This document shows, one piece after another, positions 41,037 through 56,975 of a DNA stretch of 64,000 bases. Both the position numbers and the translations under genes were made by a program. The number at the start of each line of letters is the position of its first letter. The stretch's first letter is position 1. Source of the stretch: Octopus vulgaris (taxonomy: Eukaryota); contig OX597814.1 of assembly GCA_951406725.2 (NCBI GenBank), forward strand, positions 145,018,001 through 145,082,000, in the 5' to 3' direction. The notes below the pieces were generated by a model. It saw only the letters and a program-made list of their open reading frames with translations, was not told where the DNA came from and did no database searches.

Positions 41037-42322
41037 TATTTACATTATTTACATTTGACGGATATTTGTCCTCATCTTGGGGGAAATTTCGAACCTGAGT
41101 TCTCATTTCCTTAGGTATTTTTCGATGTTATTATTATTATTACTATTATTCAGGTCAATGCTCGGAATCGAACTTGGAACCTTAGTAGCCTGCGCTCTTA
41201 ACCACGACGCCATATACCCGTGGGCAATTCTGGAGTGAATTTTAGGGCTTATAAATATATTTCCTATCCTTTCTTAATACCGGTTCTTATATGCTATTCA
41301 TATATTCACCGGCACCCCGGGATCCCCTTCGTCTAAAACTTGGTCTGTACGGGCGTTGGGACTAGGTCTTGGAGAGGTAGCTGCGGTCACCGAAAGTAGG
41401 GGTCCTGATGCGCTATTCATATCTGCACACGGTCAGCTTAGGAGGTTGTGTCCTAGCATATGTGCTGCTTCTTTTAGTTTTCGTATGTTCCAGTGGTGTT
41501 GTCTATTTATTATTTTAACTTCATCCCACAGGGGTAGGTGGTCTCCATTTTTCCATACATGATCAGCTATACCCAATTTATCAATATCCCCTCGTGTCAC
41601 AGCTTTGCGATGTTCCTCTACCCTTATTTTGAGGGGGCGGCATGTTTCGCCTTTGTATGGAGAACACGCATTTTTGGTCATATTCTCTTCTATTGGTAGT
41701 TTTACTCGAAGGAGATATTTGCGAAGTGTTGTATTAATCTAGTATACTGTCCTGATGTCATATGGGCCGCACATCTTTTGTATCTTTTCGGAGAGGCCTT
41801 TCACATAGGGTAGACAGACCGTGGACAGTTTATTGGTTTCATCCTCTCCCACAGGAGGAGGTGGTCTCCATTTTTCCATACATGATCAGCTATATCTGAT
41901 TTATCAATATCTCCTCGTGTCACAGCTTTGCGGTATTCCTCTACCCTTATTTTGAGGGGGGGGGGTGAAGTTAAAATAATAGACAGAAAACACCACTTGA
42001 AAATACGAAAACTAATAGAAGCAGCACATATTCTAGGACACAACAACCTCCTAAGCAGACCGGGTGTAGATATGGATAGCATATGGGAACCGGTATTAAG
42101 GAAGGATAGGAAAATATTAGATTTATAAGCCCTAAAATTAACTCAATAGTTGTCCACGGATATATGGCGTAGTGGTTAAGAACGCGGGCTACTAACCTCA
42201 AGATTCTGAGTTCGATTCCAGGCGGTGACCTGAATAATGACAATAATAATAACATCGAAAGATACTTTAGGAATGAGAACCCAGGTTCGAAAATGTGCAT
42301 AATTCCTCATCTATAGAACTCC
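41037..42322. mobile_element. Penelope-like element remnant: GIY-YIG endonuclease fragments in both orientations with inverted terminal repeats
   Basis: Minus strand reads VCLPYVKGLSEKIQKMC.. and YKGETCRPLKIRVEEHRKAV..IADHVW..IRKLKEAAHM (partly duplicated at 41850-41960). Plus strand 41965-42128 repeats the C-terminus. 41085-41300 is inverted relative to 42075-42293. Confidence 0.85.
42158..42230 (+). other. tRNA-like segment (Pol III A/B boxes) inside the PLE terminal repeat; mirror copy at 41151-41220 minus
   Basis: TGGCGTAGTGG at 42165-42175 and GAGTTCGATTCC at 42208-42219. No clean acceptor stem. Confidence 0.65.
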
Positions 42323-42518
42323 AAGTGAAATGTTCTTTAGTTTTAATTAAAGCAGAAATCAGCACGAGCCAGCTTTGATTTCTATTTAAGCCAAATCATT
42401 TTTCACTTAGGTCTCTTTCCCACATATGTTAAAAAATATTTTGCATCTCATATTATCATTGTCTATTTCCGAAGAAAATCTCAGGAAATTCTGGATGTTT
42501 TGTTTATTGTTAAATGTA

Positions 42519-42723
42519 TAAGAAGTTGCTGAAAAGTTCCTGGCTTTAAGGATATCGCAAAAGTCCTGGTTGGGGTTCTTTTACAAGGCTCAGAAAAATC
42601 TGATATACCGCTACTGTAAATGTGTGGATCTAAGAGGGGAATATATTGAATATAATCATAATTAAGTGATACTCCTGTATTTTCTTTCGCCCAAAGACTG
42701 GAACTTTTCAGTGCCCACTCGTA
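42519..42723. mobile_element. Non-autonomous mariner-like MITE
   Basis: TIRs GCTGAAAAGTTCCTGGCTT and AAGACTGGAACTTTTCAGT, with TA at the ends. Confidence 0.7.
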
Positions 42724-43513
42724 AGTGTGGCAAATTTTGAAGTGGTTTGACAGCCCAGTATCGAACCACCAAACGTAAGACGAAGGTGAAAGGAAAACAA
42801 AACAAAAACTATGCTATTTCACACAGACCAGAATCTCAACCTTTTCATTCCATACAAGAAACGCAATAGGGAAATCGGAAATTTCAAAAGCCCTAAGTCA
42901 TTACAAAATCATGAACACGCACATAAAACTGCTGATGTTTGTATGTGGTTATTTATTACAAAAAAAAAGCAAAAAGAAAAAACATGAACTCCGTAAATTC
43001 TAGGTATCATTTCGTCAGAGTATTTATTAATATTATACGATATAGCATTATAGGTATATTTTAGCTATCGGAGTTTACCAGTCGGTTATGCACACAAGAG
43101 TTAAGGAAAAAACGTAGTCCTGGTGCTTGCCTGGAGGACTAGAATGAAGAGTTGCGATGTAATTTCCTTTTAACACTTTCAGTGCGAAACCGATTGGTAA
43201 AATCGTCTGAAATGTATCTATAATATTGTATTATACTAGTGCCTGCTTTTTCTAACTTATGTATTCTGAGACGAGAATACATACATACAAACATACATGC
43301 ATACACACGTACACAAACACACACACACACACAGACAGACACACACACACAGACACACACACACACACACCGCACACATGAGCACACATATCTCTGTGTG
43401 TTTTATATATATGTAGTAAAAGTAGAATTCTTGCTATATGATGACATATGGTAGTCGATACACGCATGGGAGCTTTGTAAAGCGTGCTATAGCGTTATTG
43501 CCTACATGACATT

Positions 43514-43560
<47 letters not shown>

Positions 43561-44077
43561 ATAATTAGATAAATATCATCCAGTCATACACACACATACA
43601 TACGTGCAAGTTTAAAAGCTGATAATTGAGCCTTAGTAGCAAAATCCCTCTCAACCCACATTTCATATTGAAAGAAAACAGGGAGATATTAAATGATGTA
43701 ATCCTAGATATCAACTCCTAAAAGACGAGGTATTCATAAGTGGATTCGGTCTAGGTGCCTAGAATTAACTTATCAGTCAACAAACTATATACCACTGTTT
43801 GATTTAACGCAATGACGCGGTAAACGGTAAGTTTAAGTGCATGTCTACCAGCTCTACATTGTATTTCTGAGACTTGCTGGTGCTTATTTTTTATCGGTCA
43901 AGGGAGCTCAAAGCTCTGAAACATCTAACTGCTGTGAGTGTCCGTGGAAAGCCTAGTGAGAGACTCATAAGTCTGAGTACAACTAGGTATGACTCACTCG
44001 AAGCTGTTTCCTTGTACACCACATGGACTAATCATCGGTATCGGCTGAGAGCAGGAGTGTTGTAAACGCAGCATTGA

Positions 44078-44275
44078 GTGGAGGCGCAATGACTCAGTGG
44101 TTAGGGCAGCGGAGTCTAGGTCGTAAGAACGCGGTTTCGATTCCCAGACCGGACATTGTGAGTGTTTATTGAGCTCAGCTCCACCTCAGCTCCACGAAGC
44201 TCCGGCGTGAGTGGGTGGTGAACACCACTGTACTCTTTCACCACAACTTTCTTTCACTCTTTCTTCATACTTCTG
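44078..44275 (+). mobile_element. tRNA-derived SINE family C
   Basis: TGACTCAGTGG A-box and GTTTCGATTCC B-box. Body CACAACTTTCTTTCACTCTTTC matches the reverse complement of 52255-52280. Confidence 0.7.
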
Positions 44276-44614
44276 CCACAAAGCAGAAGAACCATGGTGT
44301 AACCCACTATGGTGTGGTAAACTTTCAGACCCTTGTCTAGATTGCGAATCCTCTGTACCCCAAGATGGTTCAGCTCTCCATCCGTTTAAAGCCACCGTTT
44401 ACGGAATGAGGATAACAACGTAGCTTTCGCGCCCGTGCAACCGTCAGTCTATCACGTGTGGTTGGTGGATCTTCAAGTTGCCACACGCATTCTTAGTAGC
44501 TTAGAGTAGGCTCGAATTAGAGATTATTCTTGGTGGCTAACAGCGTGAGTCCTGATTAAAAGAACTCAGCATTGTTGCGCAATATATATTACACCACGCT
44601 GCACACATACATAT

Positions 44615-44762
44615 ACCTACCTACCTACCTACCTACCTACCTACCTACCTACCTACCTACCTACCTACCTACCTACCTACCTACCTACCTACCTACCTAC
44701 CTACCTACCTACCTACCTACCTACCTACCTACATACATACATACATACATACATACATACAT
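44615..44762. repeat. (CTAC)n then (ATAC)n microsatellite
   Basis: Directly visible. Confidence 0.95.
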
Positions 44763-44764
44763 AC

Positions 44765-45205
44765 TTAACAATCTTGAGAAATTAGGCTTCTCAAAACCAG
44801 AGAGAAAAAAGCTGATTCGACGACTACAGATCGAAGCCATCACTGGAACTGTAAAAATCTGTAAGTTTTTTTAAAAGTTTACCATTTAAGTATAAGTATA
44901 TATGTGCATATGGAGATATGCAACTAGATGCATGAGAATACATACATAAGGCAAAAGTTACATATCTGCACATATACATCCAGCCAGCCAGCCAGCCATA
45001 CATACATACACACATACATACATACATACATACATACATACATACATACATACATACATACATACATACATACATACATACATACATACAAACAAAATAC
45101 CCGATTGATGTTGTTGAAATTCCAATGAAGAAGCTTTGGATTTAGGTTAGAAACCGGCTCTTTCGCTACTGGCAATAAATCTTGAAATAAAATTGAATAA
45201 TGGCA
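44765..45205 (+). mobile_element. R4/Dong-like 3' terminal fragment
   Basis: NNLEKLGFSKPERKKLIRRLQIEAITGTVKICK and the 3' UTR are homologous to the reverse complement of 2505-2830. Confidence 0.8.
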
Positions 45206-45270
45206 CACATACACACATACATACATACATACATGCACTCATATATTTACAAGCCTCATCTAAGACTAAA

Positions 45271-45432
45271 GAACAACAGCAACAGCAATAAGACACTGAT
45301 AAATATATTTCATGTGGCTATTCAGAAGTGACAGCCTTGGGATTTATATTCTCTCAATAAATCCCACGGCTGTCATATCTGGATAACTACACGGGAAATA
45401 TTTTTCAGTATTTGTATTGTTGTTGCTGTTGG
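45271..45432. repeat. Imperfect ~160 bp hairpin (fold-back MITE or structured RNA)
   Basis: ~75 bp arms, e.g. TGACAGCCTTGGGATTTAT / ATAAATCCCACGGCTGTCA, with a short loop. Confidence 0.7.
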
Positions 45433-46899
45433 AGCAATATAGATATTTTCTTACTTAGTGATAAAGTGCTTTTCACACACACACACACACAGACACACTC
45501 GTACGCATACACACACACAAACACACGCACGCACACACACACATACATTCATACACACACATAGACTGATAGATTATTTATGCATTTCATATTTGAAATG
45601 ATCAATGCGTCATATCAAATGGTAATGTCCACTAACCACAAATTAATTCTACTGACGCGTGAAGGGTATGAAGTATCAGTTTATACAGTTAATGAATTGA
45701 AACACACATTTAATCTTGCTCTAAAATAATATTGGCGCTAATGTACCTAGAATGATTATGTCAGTCTGATAAAGTGTCACGATTTCAGCCAAGCTGGGTC
45801 TTATTAATATAACGTAGTCAGGAGAACGTAATAACTTCGATCATATAATACAAATATTGGTAACTATTTTCACATCGATCATGTATAACCCAAACCACTG
45901 CACAGGATAGCTTGGTACGGGAAACGCCTTAATCTTGATACATCACATCAACAGAAGTAAGGACATCGATAGGTACAAGTCAAACCAATTATTAGGGTAC
46001 AACGATAACAATGCATTGCCATTCACAAGAAAGTACCTCACACGACAAACCAGCCGATAAACTGGGAGGAGTCACTGACCAAATAAGTCAACCACTAGGT
46101 TGCTGGTGCCTTATATTTTTACTCTTTATCTTTATATAAACTACTTTGGGTTCTGCTGCTTAGAATTAGCTGAATGCTTACCCCCTCCACTCAAGTCTAC
46201 CCCGCATACTGTTTCCCTTCCGCAAAAGTTATTTTCCAAGATCGATCCTCCTCCGAAGGTTAACCTCGTTGAATTTCACCCCATAGCTTTTTTCTGCATC
46301 AGCTATCTTTCACATGTCCAAGATCAAATATTTACAACATCAATCTCACCAGTTTCGGAAGGCTTGAGAAAGATATGGGCACAATCCTTTAGAAGAAAAT
46401 TAATTAAACAAAACGATAGAAATTAATTAGTATCATTAACAACAAAAGTCCTCATTTCAATTTATCAAAATAACACCACATCCACACCCTATCGGAACGC
46501 AAACGTCTTCATCAAACATTTTCCGAAAGTCAATCACCAAATACAACATGAAGAGAACACAAACACCAAACAAAAACCAAGCAATTCCACTTAGACCTCT
46601 TCAATCTATCACCTATTCAAAAACAATAAGGAAATCGAAAAGTTCAAAATTCACAGAGCATGACAAAATTACAAACACATCTAAAGCAGCTGACACTCAA
46701 ATGAAACTCCGCGCTCATTGCTATCTGACACTTGTTCAAAACTGCAAAGTTACCGAGCAGCATCAGAATATTTGTAAAACTCAACAAAAACCCAAAATAG
46801 CACCACACATCTATGGACCTTCTATACATACTGTCAAAAAAATTAGACATATTCTGTCACTGATGTCACTAACACCACCCAAAATCACTATACATATTC

Positions 46900-47220
46900 A
46901 AACATCATACTGATAGGAAAACCGGGATATGACAGCTTCAAGAGCAAAGCTACGCAACATCACATGGATATTCTGATGATCTATAACTTCAGTAAAGTTT
47001 TCGATTCAATTAGTCGCTTATCACATATTCGCAAATTGCTCAATAGATTCTTAAGAATCAACGTTAAATTCTGGCTATCAAATAACTTGACATGTTGCCA
47101 AAATTAAGTAGTGCACGAAAAATAGCATCAACAATTTCAATATTTCGAATTTACCACAAGATTCAAATAGTTCCTAACAAACTCACAGACCCTACAACTC
47201 ATGGACATAACAGATCAGCA
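46900..47220 (+). mobile_element. Highly degenerate CR1-like RT remnant
   Basis: IYNFSKVFDSI resembles YLDFSKAFD. The rest is broken. Confidence 0.35.
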
Positions 47221-47299
47221 ACTATATATTATCTACACGGATTATGGCAGCCAAATCTGGGTCCCCAATCTCTATGAAAAAATAAATCCTGACATCTGT

Positions 47300-47690
47300 A
47301 ATAGCAGTACTATCATCTGTTCCCCAACAGATGATGGTCAGATGGAGAACAGCGTGATCAACTAGTTCAAAGCCACATTCACGCACAGCAGCAATTGAAA
47401 GCACGAACTTGTATGCTGGAGCATTGTCCTGATGAAACTAGACCCCTTTTGTCAGTTTTCCTGGGCGTTAGTCAGTTTTCATGCCTCGGAAGTTGGCATA
47501 ATATTCTCCATTGATGGTGTAGCGCTTTTCAAGATAGTCAAGAATCAAAAATACCTTTTGCATCCCCATAAAACTGAGGTCATCACCTTCCCTGCAGATG
47601 AAAGCGACCTTTGCCTCCTTTGGAGCAGGTGAAGAGTAGTGTTTTCACTGCATGCATTGTCTCGTTTTCTCTGGCTCAGTGATGAATTAA
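47300..47690 (-). mobile_element. Mariner transposase remnant
   Basis: Minus strand reads FHQDNAPAYKFVLSIAAVRECGFELVDH, with SAGKVMTSV upstream. Confidence 0.8.
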
Positions 47691-48353
47691 TGCTCGTTCT
47701 GGCTTAGGAAGCGTTGAAGGAAACTAGCTGATAAGCATCGATACTACTTATTTGCGTGAAGAAAGAACAGAAATTGCAACCTGGACAGCTGAGATAGGTA
47801 AGAGATAGAGAACGAGGGACTGATGAGTGGGAGAGGAGGTGTGGTCTATCTGCGAGGAAGAGATGAGTGGGATTTACTTTGCAACGAAAACCAAAGATAT
47901 TAGAAAAGAGGAGAGAAAATTATATGCCGGGTTTAATTCTGGAATTCGGAAGTTCGAATAAGCGAACAATGGCGGTGGGAAAATTTAGGATAATCCGCAA
48001 CCATAGTAGTGATCCAATGCTTGCAGCAGAGCGAACTCTGCTAAGGCAAAACAAGGGCAGATGGTGGCATCAAACAGGATGACATCATGGACTTTCTACT
48101 AAAATGGGAAACTTCTGCTATGTATGTGTGTATACATACATACATACACACACATACACACACACACGCACACACATATATATTTGTTCAGCAAAATTTA
48201 GATTCAGATGAATATGGTACTTAAGTTAGATGCTCCAGAATTTTGTATGGTGTGATCCATATAAATCCATGGGGTGATTACAATCAAAATAAGCAACAAG
48301 TATATCCGAGGTATATACTTGTTGTTTATTTTGATATGTATATATATATGTAA

Positions 48354-48402
<49 letters not shown>

Positions 48403-48407
<5 letters not shown>

Positions 48408-48864
48408 AAACAAGTCAAAAATAGAAAATGCTAAAATAATTTTATAGTGAACATTTCAGTACCGGTTTCGGTCATTTTGAGACCTTTTCAACTGTAACGA
48501 TTAAATAATTAAATTTAGAAAAATTAGAAGAAAAGTTTTTTTAAAAGAATATTTCTATAGTAGTGTTCAGATTTAAGTGGCATTCTGCCTTTCTCTGACT
48601 CCCTTGTTTGCACTTGTGCACTTGTGCAAACAAGGGAGTCAAGAAAGGCAGAATGCCACTAAATCTGAACACTACTATAGAAATATTCTTTTAAAAAACT
48701 TTTCTTCTAATTTTTCTAAATTTAATTATTTAATCGTTACAGTTGAAAAGGTCTCAAAATGACCGAAACCGGTACTGAAATGTTCACTATAAAATTATTT
48801 TAGCATTTTCTATTTTTGACTTGTTTTTTCATATATATCAACTCGTGTGTTCCTTTTCACCCTT
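48403..48864. mobile_element. ~430 bp palindrome plus short tail inside (TA)n; PLE pseudo-LTR-like
   Basis: 48403-~48612 is the reverse complement of ~48624-48831 with a few indels. Tail at 48839-48864. Confidence 0.8.
48740..48777 (+). ncRNA. Minimal hammerhead ribozyme, U3-A8 variant (mirror copy 48457-48494 minus)
   Basis: CAG TTGAAAA GGTC-TCAAAAT-GACC GAAA CCGG TA CTG. Stems I and II pair, stem III is the palindrome ACCGGT, and C3-G8 is replaced by U3-A8. Confidence 0.7.
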
Positions 48865-48934
<70 letters not shown>

Positions 48935-48959
48935 GTATATATGTATATATATGTATATA

Positions 48960-49023
48960 CAGTTGCGGCCAAAATGTTCAGAACGGCATTGTTTTCGTCA
49001 GAAAAGTAAGTATAAGTTTTTAT

Positions 49024-49027
<4 letters not shown>
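48960..49027. mobile_element. Isolated outer 68 bp of the Tc1 TIR
   Basis: TA-CAGTTGCGGCCAAAATGTTCAGAACGGC..., near-identical to 49200-49267. Confidence 0.85.
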
Positions 49028-49097
<70 letters not shown>

Positions 49098-49101
49098 TAC
49101 A

Positions 49102-49177
<76 letters not shown>

Positions 49178-49199
49178 ATTCAATTTGTATACATATATA

Positions 49200-51310
<2,111 letters not shown>

Positions 51311-51408
51311 TACAAGAAAATGTACATATATGTGTGTGTGAGTGTAATGGAATATTTGTATTATTTTAAAAATATATCTATGTATATATGTATGTCTGCA
51401 TGTGTGTA

Positions 51409-51449
<41 letters not shown>

Positions 51450-51499
51450 AGGTGTATACACACACACACACACATACACACACACATATATATTTTGTT

Positions 51500-51670
51500 C
51501 TTACTTCTTTTATTTGTTTCAGTCATTTGATTGCGGTCATGCTGGAGCATCGCCTGTAGTCGAACAAATCTACTCTAGGACTTATTCTTTGTAAGCGTAG
51601 TACTTATTCTATCGGTCTCTTTTGCCGAACCGCTGGGTAAGTGTAAACACACACTAACATCGGTTGTCAA
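51500..51670 (-). mobile_element. SINE family A, 3' half
   Basis: TGTTTCAGTCATTTGATTGCGGTCATGCTGGAGC...CTTTTGCCGAACCGCT. Confidence 0.8.
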
Positions 51671-52134
51671 ACATATATGCATACATTCATATACACTAGG
51701 TTAATCTGTACCAAGCTGCTTTACTCAGCGTGCTTTAGCTTCGGTACTATGGTAACAGTCCGAATACTTATTGATCAGACCTGGTAGATGTGTGTGTGCG
51801 TGTGCGTGTCCGTGCGCGCGTGTGTGAGTGTGTGTGCGTGTGTATACATATATATATGTATCACTAAAGAAATAACGAAGCAACAGGAGATTATGCAATG
51901 AAGTTCATTGGATAGTTACCTGTTAATTCTTAATTTATTTAATTACTTGTTGTGCTCTGTGCTTGACTAATTCTTTATTCTGAAGCATAGGTATATTGAA
52001 TTCTGACTTCAGGTTATTGGTATCACTATGCCTAAGCGAAATAGTAAAATAGGCACACACATGAGCGTATGCTTACGTATGTATGTTTGTATGTATGTAT
52101 ATATCTATGTAAGTAGGTATGTATATATGATGTT

Positions 52135-52437
52135 ATTTGTTCCTTCTCGGGCCATGCCTGGCTCATACAGGCCGGTTTTCCGGTTTCATTGGCGTATAGG
52201 TTTCCCCATCCGGACTGTACACCGGTCCATCGCAGGTGAGCTGCTAGATGCAGGAGGAAAGAGTGAGAGAAAGTTGTGGCGAAAGAGTCAGCAGAAATTC
52301 ACCATTATTTTCTGTCAGAGCCGCCTGGAGCTTAAGTGCTTCGCTCATAAACACACACATCGCCCGGTCTGAGATTCGAACCCGCGATTCTTCGACCCCG
52401 AGTCTGCTGATGTAGCCACTAAGCCATATAACTCCAC
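52135..52437 (-). mobile_element. tRNA-derived SINE family C
   Basis: Minus strand has TGGCTTAGTGG A-box and GGTTCGAATCT B-box. Body shared with the 44078 copy. Confidence 0.75.
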
Positions 52438-53073
52438 ATGCATGTATGTATGTATGTATGTATGTATGTATGTATGTATGTATGTATGTATGTATGTATG
52501 TATGTATGTATGTATGTATGTATGGGTAGAATTAATTGTGACTCTGACTGCCATTTTCTTCTGACGAGTTATTCAGCCAGTGGTGGGATGAACCGTCAGG
52601 CAAAACATAAAATTTCCTCTCAAATTGAATTTTATAAGTTTCTGTATACTTTCTGTCCTGAGTAACCCAATCAGTAAATGTTCCGTAATTTTTCATCTTG
52701 CGTGTACAAATAAAGTCAAATTAGCACAAACACAGAAACACAAACATGTATGCAAATACACAAACAGACACATGTGTACGTGCATGCGTGTTTATCCGTG
52801 TGTATGTGTGTGTGTTTGTGTGTAACTTCTGTTTGTTTAAAAGTCAAAAGCGACACGAACAATGTTTATGCCTATCAATATGTGTGTGTGTGTTTGCGTG
52901 TGCGTGTATTTATGCATATATATGTATGTATATTAATGAGTGTTTAGTCACAGTAGGCGACTGGTGTATATATATATATATATATATATAAAAGTATGTA
53001 TAGTATGTATGTATATCATATAGAAAACACGCACCGCACACATATATACACACATATACATTTATATACGGGA

Positions 53074-53112
<39 letters not shown>

Positions 53113-55234
53113 CATATATGTTTATCTCGTTGTCTCTCCACACACAAGCACACTCTCCACACACACACGCACATTCACACACGCACACAAACATACACAC
53201 ATACACACACACACATGTGTGTGTGTGTGTGTAAGTGAGTATGTTTGTCTTTGTCTCTATATTTACTTACTAAAGTTTGGTTATTTTCTTCGATTTGTTT
53301 ATCTGACTGCTTCCATAATAGCAGCACTAAAGACTAGCATGTTTTTCATATTTATTCAAGTATATCACAACTTACTTCGTTAGTTATGCAGACTGGGTTA
53401 TGTCTGGTTCTTGTCTATCACAAACTCACGATATCTTCTTTCATTTAAATATTTTGTTCTCAAAGTCCGTAGTGATTTATCTTCCTCTGCAACAGCAGTT
53501 CCGCATCTATCTTGGTTACTCGAAGTTAGATTATTTCCGAATTGTCTATATTTGATATTTTTATCTCCTAAGAATACCTTACTTGGTTTTAAAGTCAATT
53601 ATTTCGTTTTCCATTTGTCATATAATACATTTTCCCCAGAAATATAAGTCCTCCATATATTTACTCTGCTAAGATAGCAGAGGATTCTCTTGCGTAACGG
53701 ATACAACGGTTTTCTGAACGTATCAACGTAAGGTGATTTCAATTTTCCTATCAGTTTTCATGTAATAAATTGATATGCGTTTCGACGGATAGTTTTCGAG
53801 AAACGAAACAAACTAAAACAAATCAACATGAATAAGAAAAAAAAAATAAGGAGCAAGGCCACTTTTATGTATGAAGATAACAATTTCTAAACATCTACAC
53901 TGTACAAAATTTATACATGGAAACATTCAAAGAAAAATACGTTTGTGAATAAATAACAATCGTTTTATTATAATAGGGTACGTTCTAATCATACAAGATG
54001 TGGCCTAGCGTGTAAAGGTGGTGTTGCTGGAATGACAGTAATTGGGAGTATGAGGGAAAATATCTTCTATCTTATTGTTCATCATCATTATCAACATCTA
54101 GGTAAGGGATGAAGAAATTATTACTGGATATCTATGGCCTGACCTCTATTTGTACAGTTCAGTAGTGACGGAGTTCATTGTGAACTCCTCTTTCAAATTT
54201 GTTGATACGATCACTCTAGTGTCGGAGCAAATTAAATATTTAAAAGCTACGGACAAACCAACCGGAGTTGCTAGAAATAACAGTCAAAGCATTAAAAATA
54301 TACACGAACAAAGTTAACATCAAAACATTCGCTGGCAAATTAAATAATATTTTAATTATGGATTTATAGGAAGAACGAATTTCTTTTTCATAATTAGTAT
54401 ATAAAACTTAATCTTTATACCAAATTTGAAAACAATTGGAACAAAATTGTAAACAGTGACGAAAACCACAAAGATCCGAAACTCCTTCAACAATATTTTT
54501 TTTCGGGCACACAGAGTAATTAATAACAATTTCTGTATCGGTACTAGCAGCTTCACTGGTCATTAAGTTGTGCAAATTCAAGCGCTTCTTAACCTTTTAA
54601 ACCATCCGTAACTGCAAATCGTCATACCAGGGAAGAACTGTTTTGAGGGCACAAAATATTTTCTTCATTTATATGTAAAAATAGGAATGAGAATATGAAA
54701 AGTTGGTGTTATGTGGGCGGAAGAAGTGTATGGTTATAGTCAGTTGAAGAGATACCTGCTCATATGCACTTCATCCCTTACAGCCGCGACTTGACATAAA
54801 AAAATCTACTCTGTGTTTCTATCTCCCTCTCCTTCTCACTCCTCGTTGCGTTGACATAAAATTCTTCAATTCTTGCATTGACATATACTCACAGACATTG
54901 CTATTATGTTGATACTATTGTTGTTACTGCCAGATGGTCATTCAAAATTTAGGAGCGGTAGTAGTGGCGTTGGTTATATTGGTTTAGGTACCGATTATGG
55001 TAATGGTAAGTGGTATTCTGGGTGGCGTCGGCATTCATCTTGTTATTGTTAATTGTATCGTTGTCGCTGCTTAATCTCAAATCAATCCTCATTGATCTAA
55101 GATCAAAGACATTTCATTCAACTTATAAAATATATGAAGCTATCACTTTATCTCATGTCCTTGCCTTAGTATGTTGATCAGTACTTGATCATTAAAGTGT
55201 CGGTTGGTTGGTTGGTTTGTGCTATATATATATA

Positions 55235-56094
<860 letters not shown>

Positions 56095-56599
56095 CCTCTA
56101 TATTTCTGATTGTTAAGTGCCAAATGGAACAACCATGAAACAAACACGCACACACACATACACTGCACACATACAGACACACACATACAGGCACACGTTA
56201 TCGGTTATACATACATAGTGTATATGTGCTGTCCATACACCAAATTTGCTGCGAAATAGCCTCCAGAGAAAGACGCCGAGTGTAAAGAACACTGCAGCAA
56301 ATTTGGCGTATAAACAACGTACATGCGACTAATAATGTTTACATTACTAGTGCTGTTTGATACGTAATTTATTATATACTAGCTTCGAAGATTTTTGAAG
56401 TGGATCCTGTGGAGGGCTAATCTTAATAAAGCATTTATTGGTATCCTACCATCTCAGATTTATATCACAGAATATCACATTTGGGGAATTTTGTATCACT
56501 ATGACATTTGGAGATCATTGCAAAGCAGTAGCACAAACAATATAGTTAGTTTACCATTTAGCGTGAGTATGAAGAGATTGTTATCATTTCTAACTCTGG

Positions 56600-56975
56600 A
56601 ACAACTGACATAGAGCTGACCATGGGAAAAAAACTGCTGCTTGAGGTGAAGTTCAACAATTTTCAGTGATTATCCTTGACTCTTGTTGACATTGCAAAAC
56701 TAACTCTTTCTGGAAATTGAAGCCTATTGAATTGAAAGGGCTTCTTTGCTAGAATCACTGGAATTCTTGGAATAAACACATCTTATCCCTTTTCTTGTCC
56801 AGTGAGGATTGTGGCTTCAAAAAGATGTGGATATATTTGGTTGACAATCAGTGTTGTTCCATCGCACAGCTTTGGGGGAACCAGATTTCTCAAAAACGTG
56901 ACTGGAACTCCTTTCTCAAATGCCAGTTTGTGAGAAAGCATTCCAGAAGGATCCAAAGAGTTAAGAAACTCAGTA
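56600..56975 (-). mobile_element. Helitron PIF1-like helicase remnant
   Basis: EFLNSLDPSGMLSHKLAFEKGVPVTFLRNLVPPKLCDGT...EATILTG...VFIPRIP...RLQFP..SFAM. Confidence 0.85.

Noticed and set aside
42158-42230. Functional tRNA gene (also the SINE heads)
   Set aside because: A and B boxes are present but acceptor and anticodon stems do not pair, and each is embedded in a repeat.
45118-45165. Hammerhead-like ATGAAGAAGC...GGTTAGAAACCGGCTC in the R4-like 3' UTR
   Set aside because: Position 3 is not paired with position 8, there is no stem I, and the other copy lacks GAAAC.
47428-47830. CTGATGA at 47430 and 47820
   Set aside because: The first is the antisense of mariner FHQD codons; the second has no stem II or GAAA.
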